Of a DNA stretch of 64,000 nucleotides, positions 61,685-64,000 are shown in pieces; within the stretch, counting starts at the first letter, position 1, and each line of letters begins with the position of its first letter. The notes below the pieces were generated by a model. That model did no database searches. It was not told the DNA's origin and was given only the letters and a program-made list of their open reading frames with translations. A program made the translations under genes and the position numbers. The stretch is from Candidatus Poribacteria bacterium (GTDB lineage Bacteria; Poribacteria; WGA-4E; WGA-3G): NCBI GenBank assembly GCA_965242965.1, contig OZ251518.1, positions 4,448,001 to 4,512,000 on the forward strand. The letters run 5' to 3'.

Positions 61685-62082
61685 GGGGAAACTCCTTCGC
61701 AATCTCAACTATGATTTCATTTTACCATATTGCCGAAAATATTTTCAAGCGATTTTTTCAGGGTGTTTCATAACTCCGTTTCGGTAGTTATCCCTATTGG
61801 GAACGAATATCGAGCAAGCGATGTCCCCGTAGGAGAGACCTCCTGGTCTCGATTTTTCGTATCGGGACAGGGATGTCCCTCCTACCGGGAAAACATCAAG
61901 ACTCCCGCTGTCGTTTGCAAGCACCTGAGCACAACCCGTTCAGGAGCAGGTGCTCCTGAACTACAGGCGGCGCGCACCCGAGCCCTGTAGTTCGGGTGCG
62001 CCTGCACCCGATCGGGTCAAGAGAAGACACGCCTGCCCGAGAGAATAAGTCTAGTAGTTTGCAAGTGCTTGTTAAAAAAAAC

Positions 62083-62111
62083 TTGACAAACTTCGTTTTT
62101 TGTAATAGACT
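62083..62111 (+). promoter_or_regulatory. Putative promoter TTGACA-N17-TAGACT
   Basis: Perfect -35 and plausible -10 upstream of the 62158 start. Confidence 0.5.
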
Positions 62112-62157
62112 GCATTGTAGAATCTGCACCCCGGTCTGTTTTTCATGGAGAAATTCT

Positions 62158-63822
62158 ATGACGACTCTACAAAAGAGCCTCATCGGCACCATCTTCCTCG
62201 GCATCTGTTTGGGATTGATGTGGCGCGCGGGACAAGGGATAGGGGACGCTAACCTCGTCTGGTATAGCGTAGTCCCGCCGTTGCTCGCTGTCACACTCGC
62301 TATTCTGACAACGCGCCTGATTTTAAGTTTGGGCATCGCTGTCGGGCTCGGGCTGGTGCTTGCTTGGATAAGACAAGACCGGACACCCTCTGGTTTCCTC
62401 GCGGAAGTAGTCTGGTTCGCTCGCGAGGTTAGCATCAAAAACGGCGATGCAATCGATCTCTTCAATATCTGGGTAATCCTGTTCGTTTTCCTGATTATGG
62501 CGACAATTTCTGTGGTGGTAGCATCGGGTGGCATTGCAGGCGTTGTGACGTGGCTGGCACGGTTTGCCAAGGGCCCGCGCTCAACGCAGGTGATTACCGC
62601 CGTTATGGGAATTGTCATTTTTATCGGTGACTATTCCAACGCCATGCTCGTCGGGCCGACGATGCGTCCCTTGACGGACCATCATCGGGTGAGTCGTGAA
62701 AAGTTGGCATACATCGTTGATTCGACGAGCGCGCCGATTGCGGGGCTCGCGTTTGTCAGCACATGGATAGGCTATGAAATCGGGCTTTTTAACGATGTCG
62801 CGAAATCGATCGGGATTGAACGCGATGGGTATTCGATGTTTTTTGATGCGCTCGGGTTTCGGTTTTACTGCATCCTGACGCTCATCTTTGTCATCGTCAA
62901 CGCAATCAGTGGGAGAGACTATGGGCCCATGCGGAAAGCAGAAACGCGGGCACGCGAGACAGGCGCAGTCGCTGAACCGAATGCCCAATTCCTGAAAGAC
63001 ACCTCATCGTCCAAACCCGCGTCACGTGCTGTCACACAGCCTTTTTCAGCGGTTTTGCCGCTGCTAACCCTTTTTACTCTGTTACTCGGTGGTTTCTGGA
63101 TAGATGGCGCGGGGACAGGTTCGCTCCTCTCCCTCACGGCGTGGCGCGACGCGCTATCAAATGCAGATAACGTCAAAGTCCTCGCCGTTGCCGCCGCCAG
63201 CGGGTTCTTCGTCGCGCTTGTCTGCGCAGTCGGGCTATCCAAAATGCGATTTTCGGATATAGGCACCGCCGTATGGACAGGCGTGAAGTCTAGCCTCACG
63301 CCGTTGAGTATCCTGCTGTTGGCCTGGGGATTAAAAGCGAGTTGCGACAGACTCATGACTGGTGATTTTCTCGCGGCGATGCTGCAGGATGTTGTCTCGC
63401 CGCTCTGGTTTCCTATCCTCGTCTTTGCGTGCGCCTCCGTGTGTTCCTTTGCTACCGGCACCAGCTGGGGCACTATGGCGATTCTCATCCCCACCGCGAT
63501 TCCCGTGGCATTCGCGCTTGACGGAGATGTCTACGGCTTGACTACCGTTATCTGTTTAGGTGCAGTGCTTGACGGGGCAATCTTCGGAGACCACTGCTCA
63601 CCGCTCTCGGATACGACAATCCTGAGTTCTATCGCGAGCAACTGCGCGCCGATACACCATGTCCGAACGCAACTGCCTTACGCGCTCACCGTTGCAGGTA
63701 TCGCCTTCGTATGTGGATACCTACCGGCGGCGTTGAACGTTTCTTCCGCTATCAGCATTGCAACTGGCACGGGGGTTATTGTGTTACTGTTTTATGGGTT
63801 GTCGCGGCTGCGTTCGTCTTAA
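62158..63822 (+). CDS. Na+/H+ antiporter NhaC family membrane protein
   Basis: SREKLAYIVDSTSAP, FATGTSWGT, GAIFGDHCSPLSDTT. Confidence 0.88.
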   Translation: MTTLQKSLIGTIFLGICLGLMWRAGQGIGDANLVWYSVVPPLLAVTLAILTTRLILSLGIAVGLGLVLAWIRQDRTPSGFLAEVVWFAREVSIKNGDAIDLFNIWVILFVFLIMATISVVVASGGIAGVVTWLARFAKGPRSTQVITAVMGIVIFIGDYSNAMLVGPTMRPLTDHHRVSREKLAYIVDSTSAPIAGLAFVSTWIGYEIGLFNDVAKSIGIERDGYSMFFDALGFRFYCILTLIFVIVNAISGRDYGPMRKAETRARETGAVAEPNAQFLKDTSSSKPASRAVTQPFSAVLPLLTLFTLLLGGFWIDGAGTGSLLSLTAWRDALSNADNVKVLAVAAASGFFVALVCAVGLSKMRFSDIGTAVWTGVKSSLTPLSILLLAWGLKASCDRLMTGDFLAAMLQDVVSPLWFPILVFACASVCSFATGTSWGTMAILIPTAIPVAFALDGDVYGLTTVICLGAVLDGAIFGDHCSPLSDTTILSSIASNCAPIHHVRTQLPYALTVAGIAFVCGYLPAALNVSSAISIATGTGVIVLLFYGLSRLRSS

Positions 63823-63855
63823 TATTTGATATGAGGGAAGTGTCGGTAGGTGCTC

Positions 63856-64000
63856 TGTAGTTTGTGATCGCCTGATCACAAACGGGGCAAGATCAGGCGA
63901 TCTTGCCCTACAGAGTCTGGCGCGCGGACGCTGGCGAGGGACAGGCCCTCGCCCTACGGTGAAGTGCCGTTTTTTCCGTAGCGCGGGGGCCTGTCCCCCG
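63856..64000. repeat. REP cluster running off the window end
   Basis: GTAG hairpins of types D and A. Confidence 0.75.

Overview
Bacterial chromosomal window of moderately high GC with about 45 genes. The content suggests Candidatus Poribacteria or a similar lineage (inference only): many PhyH dioxygenases, Gfo/Idh/MocA oxidoreductases, Uma2 nucleases, and LamG or lamin-tail exoproteins with a KLxTxWxxLK-like tail. Recognisable genes include pafA, ppdK, rtcB, gmhA, a type III-like DNA methyltransferase, a DUF1592/DUF1552 pair and two tandem tRNA-Asn. The dominant unexplained structure is a dense set of GTAG-headed REP-like hairpin repeats. They fill most intergenic gaps, show compensatory stem changes, supply TAG stop codons to several genes and are translated in frame inside two enzymes. 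One cluster is enclosed in a 772-bp MITE-like element with terminal inverted repeats and an 8-bp target duplication. Other highlights are an orphan mod gene frameshifted at a G7 tract, a lamin-tail gene with an in-frame TAG, and a ~530-nt leader (promoter, uORF with a C8 tract, terminator) in front of a 1356-aa exoprotein. No CRISPR-cas, integrase or transposase gene was recognised.
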